This document shows, piece by piece, positions 12,843-24,802 of a stretch of DNA of 64,000 nucleotides. The position numbers were made by a program, and so were the translations under genes. The DNA lies in NCBI RefSeq assembly GCF_038025025.1, contig NW_027117340.1:62001-126000 (forward strand). The letters run 5' to 3'. The notes under the pieces are model-generated. The model did no database searches. It was not told where the DNA came from and saw only the letters and a program-made list of their open reading frames with translations. Positions within the stretch are counted from its first letter, which is position 1. Each line of letters begins with the position of its first letter. Origin of the DNA: Phyllosticta citribraziliensis. Lineage: Eukaryota.

Positions 12843-13778
12843 ATGTCCCACTACTACTACAACGAGGCGGACCTCGCCATGATGGACATTTTTCCCGCCT
12901 CCGCCTCCGCCTCGTCCTCCTCCTCGGCCCCCTCGTCGACCATCTACGCCCCTCCCTGCCACATGCCTCCTCACCAGCGCTCTGGCTACGACCCGCGCAC
13001 CACCAGCGTCTCCATGACCGGCTACCTCCCGCAACCCTCGGCCATGCCGCACCAATCCTACTCGCACCAAAACTACTGGACCGGCCATCACCAGCACTCT
13101 GTTCCCCACCAGCATCCGCTGCCGCAAGCCACCATGGGCCTGCCCTCCATGGCCCCGTACCCGTCGTCGACCATTGCCTACGCCCACTCGCAACCATTTG
13201 CCCCTGAGACGACCCTCCCCTCGAGTTACTCGCTCCACCACCGCTCCGAGAGGTCGCCCTCGACCGTGTCAACGGGGGCATTCTCGCCCCAGCCGTCGGT
13301 CGACGGAAGCATCGCCGGAGCCGAGTACTCGCGCTCCATCTCGCCGAGCTCAAACTCGCCCGACCTCCGCGCCTACGGGTACCTGAACAAGAACGGCACC
13401 TGGACCTGCGCCTACCCGGGCTGCACCAGCAAGGCCGTCTTCACGCGCGGCTGCGACCTGCGCAAGCACCACAAGCGCCACACAAAGTCCTTCTTCTGCC
13501 GCCAAGAGGGCTGCCCGCAGGCCACGGGCGGCGGCTTCTCCAGCAAAAAGGACCTGGCGCGGCACGAGGCCAAGCACAACCCGGGCGTCATTTGCGAGTG
13601 GGAGGGCTGCGAAAGGATTTTCAGCAGAGTCGACAACATGGTGAGTCGAGTCGCAACCAAGCACATCTTCATCTCTCGCAAAGTGAGACTGACACGGCCA
13701 TGACAGAGAGATCACGTCAAGCGCATACACCTCAAGGGCGCCAGGCCCCAACCGGCCAAGCGCGGCTCGACATCATAA
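12843..13778 (+). CDS. C2H2 zinc-finger transcription factor (three C-terminal fingers)
   Basis: CAYPGC..HHKRH, CRQEGC..HEAKH, CEWEGC..HVKRIH; the last finger is completed across intron 13641-13706; Pro/Ser/His-rich N-terminus. Confidence 0.9.
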
Positions 13779-14693
13779 ACAACGGCCCGCACGTTTTGTT
13801 TTCTCTCAAACTTCTAACATGCCGCGTCTTGATTCAAACCCAGAGTCGGATAAATGCGGATGCTCGCCCCCCGGCACCGTCGATCGCCACGGCTACGTCA
13901 CGGCCTGTCCGCGGCGGTCTAGGCGACTCTTTCCATGTGGATATTTTTCTCCAACCAAAACCCGAAGCATTTTTCTTTTCCTTTGTCAACTGCATGAGTC
14001 GCACGACGGCTCGCACTTTTTTTTTCTTCCTGGCGCATAGACGTTTCTCATAGATGGGGGGTAGGACAGGTTTTTTTTTTTTTTTTTTCTTTTTTTTGCT
14101 CATGGAGGAACACAATTCTTAATTTGGCAGAAAAGCATTGGCATTGTCAAAGCGGGCGTGGGAGGCGTCATTGGCGTTTCTGGTGGGCGGGAAATCATCT
14201 TCACAAAGGGCCCCAGGCAGCATAACTAGCATCGGGGGAAAGGCCGCGGGCCTCTCGAGTCAACACACGCATGCATGGATGCACACATATTTTTGTACAT
14301 GGATTGGACGACTTCTTGGGACAGCCACTTTGCTAGAGTGGGTCAGACGACATCGTTTTCTCTTGCGCGCAACGAAGGAAAAATGGTTCTCCGCTTTGTT
14401 TTGCTGGGGTGATGGTGCGCTCCAGACGGCCGGATACTGTGGCTTGTCTCCTGAAGACGGGGATCATGGACGGCGAGAGACGGTGATGCGACCCTGGCTG
14501 GCGGTGGGAATTATGCTGTCGATCGGGGTTTCTGCGCGTGGTCCCATCAAGAGAGAGCTCGAGCAGCGGGATTGGTGAAACGGGCGAGAGAGGGGCGTGG
14601 CTGGAACACGCACTAGTGGGAGGCCTAAGATTGCAGGGCTGCGTGCAACCCCAGAGGAGAGCAGAGGCCAGAACGTTGGTCGACGATGGTGGT

Positions 14694-14714
14694 GATGATG
14701 ATGATGATGATGAT
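14694..14714. repeat. (GAT)7 microsatellite
   Basis: Directly visible. Confidence 0.9.
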
Positions 14715-17675
14715 GGACGTCGGGCATGATTGCCGACACGGACGGCACGGCGTGAGATGACGGCCCGGCCGAGCAGCGGTGAGAGAGGGTCAAGTCGAAA
14801 GGACGACGGGACACGTCCTCGGGACATTCGCAAAACAACTGCCGACTCGGCATCGGCTCAATTCTCTTCCTCGTCGACCGTTGAACATCCATCATCAACC
14901 TCGAGCACTTGTTCGATAGAGTGTTTGGCTGGCAAACCGGTTTCGTTTTGCGGCCTGCAATCTCCGATTACACCACGAACGCAAACCGTCTTCTCCACCA
15001 AAAACGACTGTCGATTATTGGCCCAGTTGCTTGTTTTGCTGCTTCAGATTGACAATTGTTTCATCGGCCCATCCTTGACTCCCCGTCTCATCATTATGAT
15101 TGCGCGCGTTTCGCCCCCAGTCCCATGGATCCCCTGTCGACACTTAAGCTTTTTGACTCTGTCGGGTCTGCACCAAACCTGAGGACGACCCTCCAGCTTG
15201 GGACGCTGTTGTCGCTGCTGCTGCTGAGAGGAAACGGTTTCGAGCGTCCGGCTGCTCCCGCTGCTACTGCGCCAACTTGTAACGGTTTCTCTCACGATGC
15301 CAGTTCGACAAGTCTGGACTTGGGACTCTTGTGCTCCCCTTGTCACCCCGCCTCATGCACGACCAAATCACGTCCGCCCACCTCAGGGGTCAACAAGGGG
15401 TGGCTCGGCGGTGGAAAAGAGGATCGCCATGTGTCGCCTGGGGTCCTCTACGCCTAGAACATGGTCCAAGACATCTTCATTTGTTGCTCCACCTCCTCCT
15501 CCATATTCCATCAGTCAGGGCTGACACTGACACCGACACTGACACTCTGACAGCTCACAGACAACACGGAGGCGTCGTGCGGATCCGCCGCCGCCGCCGC
15601 CCGCCACAATGATGCGCTTCCAGATTTGCAGCTAGTTCGAAATGGATGCGCGCGTCTCTGCAGGCCAAGACAATGCGAGACTTGCATGTCGCCAAATCCA
15701 GATTAGGACGGCTTATTCATGCCCCCCCCCCGTCCTGCCTCTCCCTTGGTCCGTCGAAAGATTCTCGAATTCTGCAGAAGCTTAGCCCTCAAACACTGCA
15801 CGCAGAGTCAGGACAAACAAGAGCGACACCACGCACACTTGCCGTTTCAGCGCCCCCACAGTCCTCGAACGACAATGGCGGCGGCGACGAGGACGCGCCG
15901 ACGGCGAGAACAATGAGCGCCGTTTTTTTTCCTGATCGTGTCGCACTGACTGCGCTCTCCTCCGCCGTTGCGACAGCGATCATGGCCCGTGGACGAAACA
16001 CGTCCATGACTTGCTCCAGTCCTGGCGGCTGCCGGCCTGGCGTACATCGTACTTCCCAATTGCGCGAATACTTGTCCGCAAACTGTCGTCTGTGCTGGGT
16101 GCTTCTGTTGGCTCCTCCGCCGGCCGACGCAAGAGGGAAGGAGAGAGCAGTACGAGCGCGGGTACGTAAGCCCCCTGTGGATTGACAGGCCGGCCAAGGA
16201 ACCCAGCCCGAGAGACAGACAGGGAAGTGCTGGGCACGGAGGCTATGCGGTGCTGCTGCGAATGCCACTTCGAGGCTGGCTGGCTGCCCGGATCCATTAT
16301 CCCGTTTTTGGGCGCTGCTGCTGGACCTGCTGCTGGGTCCATCACGCAGCAGCATCAACGCCACTCATCCTCATGTCCGAGTCGACGACAGAGCCACCAC
16401 ATGACGACGGATCTGTCGGCGGTACCTACAATGTGGGCACTTCTCAGTCGTTTGATGGTGGCCTCTGCGTCGTCGCGACGACGCTGCAAAGCTCGCGCTC
16501 TGCGCCCTACCCTCTCGCCCTCGTACCACCCGCACACTGATTCGCGCGGGAGACGTCCTCCTGACCGGGAGCAGCCGATGCTGCGGTGATGGCCTGGCTG
16601 GCTGGCTGGCATCCGATGAGCCCTTTGCTCTCCAGCAGATGCCCACAAGTCACGACCGCTCTACAACCACCTTGAGTTCACGCCTCCATCAACCACCATG
16701 TCCAAGTGGCGTGGCGGCCGTATGTACCTGTCCCAGCAACCAAACAAGCTCTCCTCAGTCCCCAGTCCCTCGCTCACATTAGCCTTTCCACCATCGCCAT
16801 CGCCCATCATCATCGCCAGGCACGCCAGTCAGATGCGCCGCCTGTCGCCGCCGCCATCGCCGCCGCCGCCACTCCGCCGTCGAACGACGTCGTCCGCTCT
16901 CCCGCTGCCTGGGTCTCCCCAGCCGACCGGGTTCGCGGCGCTGGAAAAAGACCGCCGCTTGCCCGCTCGCACGCACGCTCGCAACGGCCGTCTTGCTCTT
17001 TGCGGGTGCTCCGATGAGACCGTGTCAGAGTGCTACGTCAGTCAGTCAGTCTGTCAGTCAGTTCGCCGGCGGTCGTGAGTGCGTGAGGTCGCCTCCGTCA
17101 ATCATCCATAATCAACCATCCATGTATGTATTCATGCCTGCCTCTCTCTCCGCCGGCAGTGCTAGGTAGGTCGCCGCGCTCATCCCCCCATCCGTCCATC
17201 CAACTTCCTCCCTCACGTCCTCGTACCTACCGGTAGGTACCGACACCACGCACACCTTCATTTAGCAACAGCAGGCGGCATTCCGTCATCGACGTTGACG
17301 ATCAGCGTCGTCGGTTAGAGTACCGCACCGCACCGCACTGTCGTTGGTTGTTCATGCTGTGTGGTGCTGTCTGTCTTGGATATTTTTGCCTTTCCCCTTT
17401 CCTTACTCTACCTTGTCGTTGACGGGGACCTTCCTCCCTACCCCTACCTTACCCACCCTACACGCCCATCTCTCGTCATTCGCCGAAATGGTGGTGGTGG
17501 ACAAGTACCTATCTACAGTAGTACAGTATTGTCGCCACTCGCGCACGCACGCCCGCACGCCCGCATCCGCTGCTGCTGATCACTCGCCCGCGCTGCGCTG
17601 CGCTGTAGCCGAGCTCTAAGTTTATCCTGCCTGCTACTATACATGCTTCCCCTCTGTACGCTCCCCGTCTTCCTT

Positions 17676-17699
17676 GTCGTCGTCGTCGTCGTCGTCGTC
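17676..17699. repeat. (GTC)8 microsatellite
   Basis: Directly visible. Confidence 0.9.
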
Positions 17700-19299
17700 G
17701 ACGAGATGGAAAGACGTCACGATGCCGACATCATCGTACGAGAGTCTTTGACGACAAGGGCGCTCGGCTTGGCTCTTTGATATGCCTGCATGCTGTACAC
17801 GCTCGGTCGGTTGGTCGGTCGGTCGGTCAATCGGTTGCGGTGGTATTGTTCGGTTGCGGGGCAGCAATGGGCGTGCGCTGCTGCTGCTGCTCTGTCTGGT
17901 CGCCGCGTCGCTGCGTCGTCTATCTGTCTGCGGCAGTGCTCGTCTCCGTTCTTACGTCCTTGTCCTGCTACTGTATCCTACCCGTCTACCTACTTACCTA
18001 CCCGCCGCACCGCTGGACAGCCACTCTACCATCTTTGCATCGAGGTCAGAAAGTGCTCGTGAGGAGACCGCCGCAAGGGAGGACGTGTACAGACAGTGTG
18101 GTGTGTAATGCGAGTCTAGTCTCTCCGATGGCCAGAGTGCCCGAGCCGGCTCTCGCTCTGCTTCCTCTCGGCCCCTTCAAGCGGAGGAGCGGGCCTTGGG
18201 AGTGCCGACTTTGACTACCTGTCACTGTTTGGCTGGGCAGTAGGCCAGGGGTTTAGCAGAGTGATGTCGGCAGCTCTGTAGGCATGTCTATACGTTCAGT
18301 GCGTGTGAACGGCTGCTTGTGTGTGCGTGCGTTAGTTGCTTGTGTAGCTCGAAAGGGCACGTAGGAGGCCGGTAGAGTAGTGCTCTAATATACTACCACA
18401 CTACACAGCAGCCCCTTTTCCATCGTCTCTTCTCACTTCTCCCTATCTTCCATCACTTCACCCTTCCCGCGCTCTACTTGTCTCTCTTTCTCTCTTCTTT
18501 AGTTCCTCTCCTCCTCCTCCAGCTCTCCATAAAACATCGTCTACGCAGTATTTGTCTCCCAGCTTATCTATCCCATGGTCCATCATCATCGCGTTCCTTG
18601 CTTTGCACGTCACTTTCTGCGACAGCGCTGTTGCGCTTCCAAAGCCTTTTTCTCATGCCCCTGCGTGCATTACTCATCTTCTGCCATCCTACGACGTCCA
18701 CCATACCAACACTTCCACGCAGGGCGCGCCTGAGCCATCATTTCCAAAGTCCTGCGTCCGTACCGCCGCGCTGCTAAAGTAAAAGAGGGAAAAGGAGGGA
18801 AACAATAGTGGTGATGTTAGTGGCGACAGTTTAAAGCGGGTAGTTATATCGAGAGATACACATGTAGGTGGAACGCTTTTATACAATTCGGACTATGTGC
18901 CATGCAATTCAAGCTTCTCCTCGCCGTGCCGAAAGCAGACGGATCAGAACGAAGCGTTGGTCCATCTTCGGCGAGACTGGGCTGCTTGTTCAGTGCCATG
19001 TGGCGGTGCCTCCGACGCCAAGCGAAGAGAGAAGAAAAGAAATCGTGGTCTGGTGTGGGAGTGCAGAGAGACTCGAGAGCCGAGAGTCAGCTGCAAAATT
19101 GGCTTGAGGGCTGCTGGAGTGGCCAGATGTGTGTGGTGGCTTGGTTTTGGAGCGCGTTTGCGACGTCTAGTCGGCAATGTTCGCGTTGTGGAGGACGTTA
19201 GGGGACGCTGACTGGTGGAAAGGTCAAGGGGAAAACAATGCTTTGACCTCGTTCGAAAAGCCATGCAAGTGAAGATCAAATCCAACATCAGACAACACA

Positions 19300-21016
19300 C
19301 TACAATTCCTTCACACCCTCGCTCGCGTCTGCCGCCGCACCTGCACTATCACCCCGCGACTCCTTTCCCTTGGCCCACCCGTCGACAACCAGCTTCGCCA
19401 CATTACGACCCATGAGCGCGCTGGTCTCCATGGTCGAGATGAAGCCTTCGATGCCGCCGGTATACCACAGCCCACCAGCAGCGCCGCCGTCGCCGCCCTC
19501 GCAGCCATCAAGACACACGTCGTCGAACGAGACGCGCGGCGACTCGTACGGATACGACTGCCAGACCTTGCGGTAGATCCAGGAGACGTCGTCGTCGGTG
19601 ACGCCTTGGGGGAGGTCGAACAGGCGCGCCAACCACGCATCGTCGGCGGGCTGTGGGCTGAAGATCTTGTACAGATACTCGCGGCGGCCGGTGTGCGGGT
19701 TGGTGGCGCGGCGCAGGGTGCTGATGCTGAAGAAGCCGGCGGGCCCGGGGAACTGGCGGTCGTCGGGGCGCACGTCGGGGGGCAGCGTGGTCAGGACGAC
19801 GGACGGGACGGGCCCGTCGTCGGCGTTGAGCGCGAAGAAGGACGGCGACAGCCGGTGCGGTGACGCGAGCAGCGTGACGTGCAGCGTCACAAAGGCCAGG
19901 TCGGCCGGCTCGGTGTGCGGCGGCGGCGTCAGCGTCACGTTGGACTGGTGGTACGGCGCGGCGAGTATGACCGTGTCGTAGTGCTCCGGGGCCAGCGTTT
20001 GGCCAGATGCCGTCTTCGGGATGACGGTGTAGGTCGAGTCCGACTCTTTTGTCAGGGCTGAGACGGCCGTGTTGAGCCGGGTCGAGAGATTGGGCGTGGC
20101 GGAGAGGAAGGACGAGAAGATGCGCCAGTTGCCGCCTGGCACGGATTTGGCGCCGTCGGTGGCCATGCAGACCATGGTGATGAGGCCGTTGATGAGCGGG
20201 AGGTTTTGGGCGTAGTTGACGCGAGTGCTGGCTGGTCAATTGAATCCCCCAGCGGTCGATACGGGACATACCTCGCCTGCACCACCTCATCCGCAAACAA
20301 CCCTCCCACGCCATTCTCCTTCAAAAACGCCTCTCCCGTCATGGCCATGGGCCTCACCAGCCCCAGCTCCATGGCCTTGTCCGTCAGGCTCCTCCACGGG
20401 AAATGTGGCTCCTCGTACATTTTCAAAAACTGGCCCACCGTCTGGCTCATCAGGCGCCTGGTGCGGATGGGCGCCAACCCGTATTTCCACAGCATCTTGA
20501 GCGTGTCCCACCAGCCCAGCTCGTCGTCCCCGCGGAACACAAACTCGCGTCCGTTCCAGATGCCCACGTAATCTCCTTCCTCCTCCTCTTCCGCTGCTTT
20601 TGCTAGCCCCAAGTCTGGTGTCGCTACCGTCAGGTTGAAGCGCTGCACCGCGTCCATCAGGATGTGGTTGACCTTGACAAAGATGCTGGCGCCCAGCTCG
20701 ACGGGTTCCAACGGGTCGTCCCACGCGTGCACCGTCGTCGAGCGTCCGCCAACGTATGACGAGCGCTCGAACACGGTGATGTTGGTCGTGATGCCCGCCA
20801 TGGACGCATATTGGGAGAGGTGGTACGCGGCGGACGAGCCGGCGGCGCCGGCGCCTGTGATTGAGCTTAGTTGACGGTACACTTTGACGGAGAGATCCTA
20901 CCTATGATGGCAATGTTTCTGACCGGTCCATCGGGGATCGAGAGATCGATTGGCGTTTGAGAGCTGGTGCAGAAGAGTGGCAGCGTCAGGGCTGCCAAAA
21001 GAGAGTTGCGCAGCAT
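19300..21016 (-). CDS. Prenylcysteine oxidase/lyase (FAD-dependent), with signal peptide
   Basis: Signal peptide MLRNSLLAALTLPLF; IIGAGAAGSSAAY FAD motif across intron 20855-20901; VELGASIF; STRVNYAQN across intron 20228-20271; STMETSALMGRNVA; ends -KEL. Confidence 0.9.
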
Positions 21017-21265
21017 GTTGGAGCTGTGGGGTGACGGAGCAGGGGAGCTACCTAGGTTCGAGCTATGGGAAGTAGTCGTAGGAGCTTACAAAGCTACAAC
21101 TTTGTCACGTCATGTCTGCACCCCGACATGAACATCAAGAGAACAATGTCAAGAGGAATGCAAACGGTTGTTGTTGTGCAAGCACGAGTCATGTTGGAGC
21201 TGCTGCACGGACATGTAATTGATTCCCGTCGCCTGTACCGCTATGTAAGAAATCATCTGGTATTT

Positions 21266-22650
21266 TCATGCGCCCTCGCTGCCAAACTCCAGTGTCCAAT
21301 CTGCATTCTTCTTGAGGTCATCCCCGCTGACTGTCGGTCTTGAGCTCTTGATGGCCTTGATGAAGTCTTTGAGCATCAGCGGAGGCTCCATCAGTTGCTC
21401 CGACTCGACATCGGTCCACGTCATTTCCATGGCCCCATTGTCGCCCGGCGAACATGGCGTGAGCTTTTCTTGTCCATCCACGAGAACCTAACACGTCAGC
21501 CAAAGCTTTCTGATTTGATTTCTTTCTCACCTTTTTGTAGTGTGTGGCAGTCTGAATCTTCCTCACGGGCTGCATTAGAGCGTCCTGCACGGCAATACTT
21601 ATGTCGCTGCCAGAGTATCCCTCGCTCAACCTTCCCAGCTCCTTGAAATCCTCGGGCCTGAGCGAACACGGCGTTGAGCCGACAGCGAGCTCAAACATCT
21701 TCATCCTGGCCGGAAGATCCGGCAAGCTAATGTGCACGCGTCTTTGGAAACGTCTCCGAATGGCCGCGTCCAGCTGCCACGGAATGTTTGTGGCACCGAG
21801 AATGAGCACGCCCTTGGAGTCCTTGCCAACGCCGTCCATCTGGACCAGCAGTTCCGTCTTGATACGCCGTGAAGCCTCCGACTCGCCCTCGCCGCGGGGA
21901 CCGCACAGCGCGTCGATTTCGTCGATGAAGATGATTGACGGCTTGTTCTCTCGTGCCATGTTGAAGAGTTGCTTGACGAGCCTGTCCAAGTCAGCTCGGT
22001 CTCTCGGTCGAATCTCAGACCTACCTTTCACTCTCGCCCATCCATTTCGAGACCAAGTCGGAACTGCTGACGCTGAAGAATGTGCTGTTTGCCTCGGTGG
22101 CCACCGCCTTGGCGAGATAACTCTTACCGGTACCCGGCGGTCCGTAAAGTAGGATGCCCTTCCACGGCTGTCTCTTGCCCGTAAAGAGGTGTGGAAACTT
22201 GATGGGTAATATCACGGCTTCTTTGAGAGCTTCCTTTGCCTGCTCCAAGCCTGCCACGTCCTCCCACTTGATGTTTGGCTTCTCGCTCAGAATTGCACCC
22301 GCCAACGCGCCCCTCAACTTCTTGCTGTCGGCATCCTCCTCATCGTCCCCGCTCTTGCCACTGCCGCCGGCGACCTTGCCGTTGGACCCCACCGCGCTCG
22401 GCTTCCGCTTGTTGTCCGTGTCGTTTTGCGCCAGGTGGTTCTTGAGCTTCTCGGCCCGCTCCATGTACTCGCTGACCTTGTTGCGAATCATTTCCTTGGT
22501 CTTTGCATTCTTCTCCCACTTGAGCGCCAGCATGAACAGCTCCAGGGCTCGGTAGTAGAGCTCGTATGCCTCCTTGTAGTTGCCATTTGTGTCCGTCTCG
22601 ATGGCCTTTTTGACCGTGTCGATTCCGCGGCCTAGGAAGTCGGTACTCAT
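21266..22650 (-). CDS. VPS4: AAA+ ATPase Vps4 (ESCRT-III disassembly)
   Basis: N-terminal MIT domain; GPPGTGKS Walker A; IIFIDEID Walker B; C-terminal EFGSEG; introns 21982-22024 and 21488-21530. Confidence 0.97.
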
Positions 22651-23007
22651 GGTGGAGATTGCGCGTGAGGGCTGACGACGGAGCGACGGTGTTTGTCAAA
22701 TGCTCGTGAACTGGTCGTCGAGGGCAACGGCGGGCGCTATCGGTCGCGGACGACTGTGGCGATTGGCTGGCAGCGTGGACAGGACCTCGGGAGTCTCGAC
22801 GAAAGACAAAGCCACCAGAGACAAAGTCTGCCAATCAACGAGGTAGAGTGCGACGGCGAGGGCGGCGTCAAGGTGTTGCGGTCCGTGGGGGACGGTCGAG
22901 GTGCGCCAAGCGGTCCGCCCAATGGCGCCTTCCACCCCGCCAAATCACCCGCCAACCTTCGTCGCGCAACTTTCTCCTCTACCATTCCATAATCACCCAT
23001 CACCGCC

Positions 23008-23561
23008 ATGGCAGAGCAGCAGAAGCAGCTGCAAGATCTCACCGACGAGTTCTCCACGCTCCAGACTGGTACGTTTGCCCACTGCTCAAAAGACGCTCCT
23101 AACGCTAGCAGAGCTCCAAACAATCGTCGACGGCCGCCAGAAGCTCGAATCGCAGCAGCAAGAGAACCAGGGCGTGCAAGCCGTGAGTCAATACCACCAG
23201 GGCATGGACGGCATCTTACATTCTACTAGGAGCTCGACAAGATTCCCAGCGACGCCAATGTTTACAAGCTCGTCGGACCGGTGTTGCTAAAGCAGGACAA
23301 GGGGGAGGCGGAAATGGCCGTCAAGGGCCGGTTGGAGTTTATTGAAAAGGAAATGTGCGTACTCCGGACCCTTCTACGGCCTAGACTAAGACTTCCCAGC
23401 AAGCGCATCGAAAAGCAGATTGGCGAAGTTCAGGAGAGGAGCGAAAGGAAAAAGATGGATGTTAGTCTTCCATCCCAATCCCGAGGCCCATCTGACGACT
23501 GCAGATAATCACCCTTCAGACACAAATGCAACAGCTGGCTCAGCCGCAGGCAGCTTCGTGA
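23008..23561 (+). CDS. YKE2: Prefoldin subunit 6
   Basis: Five exons spliced give RQKLESQQQEN..VYKLVGPVLLKQDKGEAEMAVKGRLEFIEKEI, typical of PFDN6/Gim1. Confidence 0.9.
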
Positions 23562-23916
23562 GTCGAATCGGCCACTCTGCAATCACCAAGACCGCCGAGT
23601 AGCAATACCGAAACAGATCACTATAAGTGTGCGACCGTGGTCACCGAGGTAGGGACAGGCATCGCTTGTCTCTTAGCCGCAGCCAAGCTCAAGACTCTCG
23701 TGTCTTTGCGCAGAGCCCTTGGCATGATCCCTGGATCATTCCCGCAACTTGTCTAGTTCGGGTACTTCCTTCCATTCGTCTGCTAGATTTCATCATCCCG
23801 AGGTTTCACTATTCATCTACTGAAAACTGGTCTATAGGCGTCATTTCTCAGGGTGGGCGCAATGAAGTGCGACTATATATTCATGTCTTTTTCATCTCAC
23901 ATTCATCATCGTCATC

Positions 23917-24773
23917 ATGGAAGAGAAGAAGCCCGTCAAGCGCGTCGTGCCAATGGAGGTGCTGGTCTTGGGTGTTTCCAGGACTGGCACCTCCTCGACC
24001 CGAGAAGCACTCAAAATCTTGGGTTTCCGAGACGTGTACGACTACGACTACATGACATGGCACTGGGGGCACGCGGAATTGTGGAGCAAGGCGATGCGGG
24101 CCAAGTGGGAAGGTGGACCTCCAATGACTGAAGACGACTGGAACACGCTTTTGGGACGCTGTCGGGCGATAGTGGATAATCCAGGTAATTTGTTTGGCAA
24201 AGAATTGGCCGAGCAGTACCCCAACGCCAAAGCAAGTCTCACGATTAAATTGGGGTGCCGTGCTGACCAAATCAGATTGTCCTCAACGTCCGCGACAATG
24301 CAGACGTGTGGTGGAAGTCGTTCAGCGCGACCATCTACCGCAATGTCTCGCAACACTACAGGAACCCGTCCCTCCTCACGCGCTATATACACCACGTCAA
24401 TCCGATGCCCGAGTGGCACAAGTGGGACGATTTGAACAGACTCATGGTCAAATACGGTGCAACTCAAGGCAAACACTACTACGACGAGCACAACGAACGC
24501 GTCAAGAGAGAGGTCCCCAACGACCGGTTGCTTGTGTGGAATGTCAAGCAGGGTTGGGGACCACTATGCAAGCATCTGGAGCGCGACATTCCGGACCAAG
24601 ACTTTCCCCACGTTTACGAAACCAAGGACTACCAAGATAAAGCTCAATACGTCTGGCGGTTGCTTTACTGGATGGCGTTTTGGTACACGTTTTGGACTGG
24701 CTTGTTCTTTTGTGGCGTGGGAGTGATTCTCTACTGGCTGGCCGGGCTTTTCAGACGGACCATTGGCGTGTAA
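23917..24773 (+). CDS. Sulfotransferase-family-4-like P-loop protein with C-terminal hydrophobic helix
   Basis: VLVLGVSRTGTSS, YPNAKIVLNVRD, RLLVWNVKQGWGPLCKHL..FPHV motifs; GC-AG intron 24232-24275. Confidence 0.85.
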
Positions 24774-24802
24774 AAGACTCTAGCTAATTGACTGTAGAAC
24801 AA

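Noticed and set aside
18552..18782. Signal-peptide-like ORF (…IIIAFLALHVTFCDSAVALP) after a CT-rich tract
   Set aside because: No in-frame ATG and no further support; the same applies to MQFKLLLAV at 18902, whose hydrophobic core is too short
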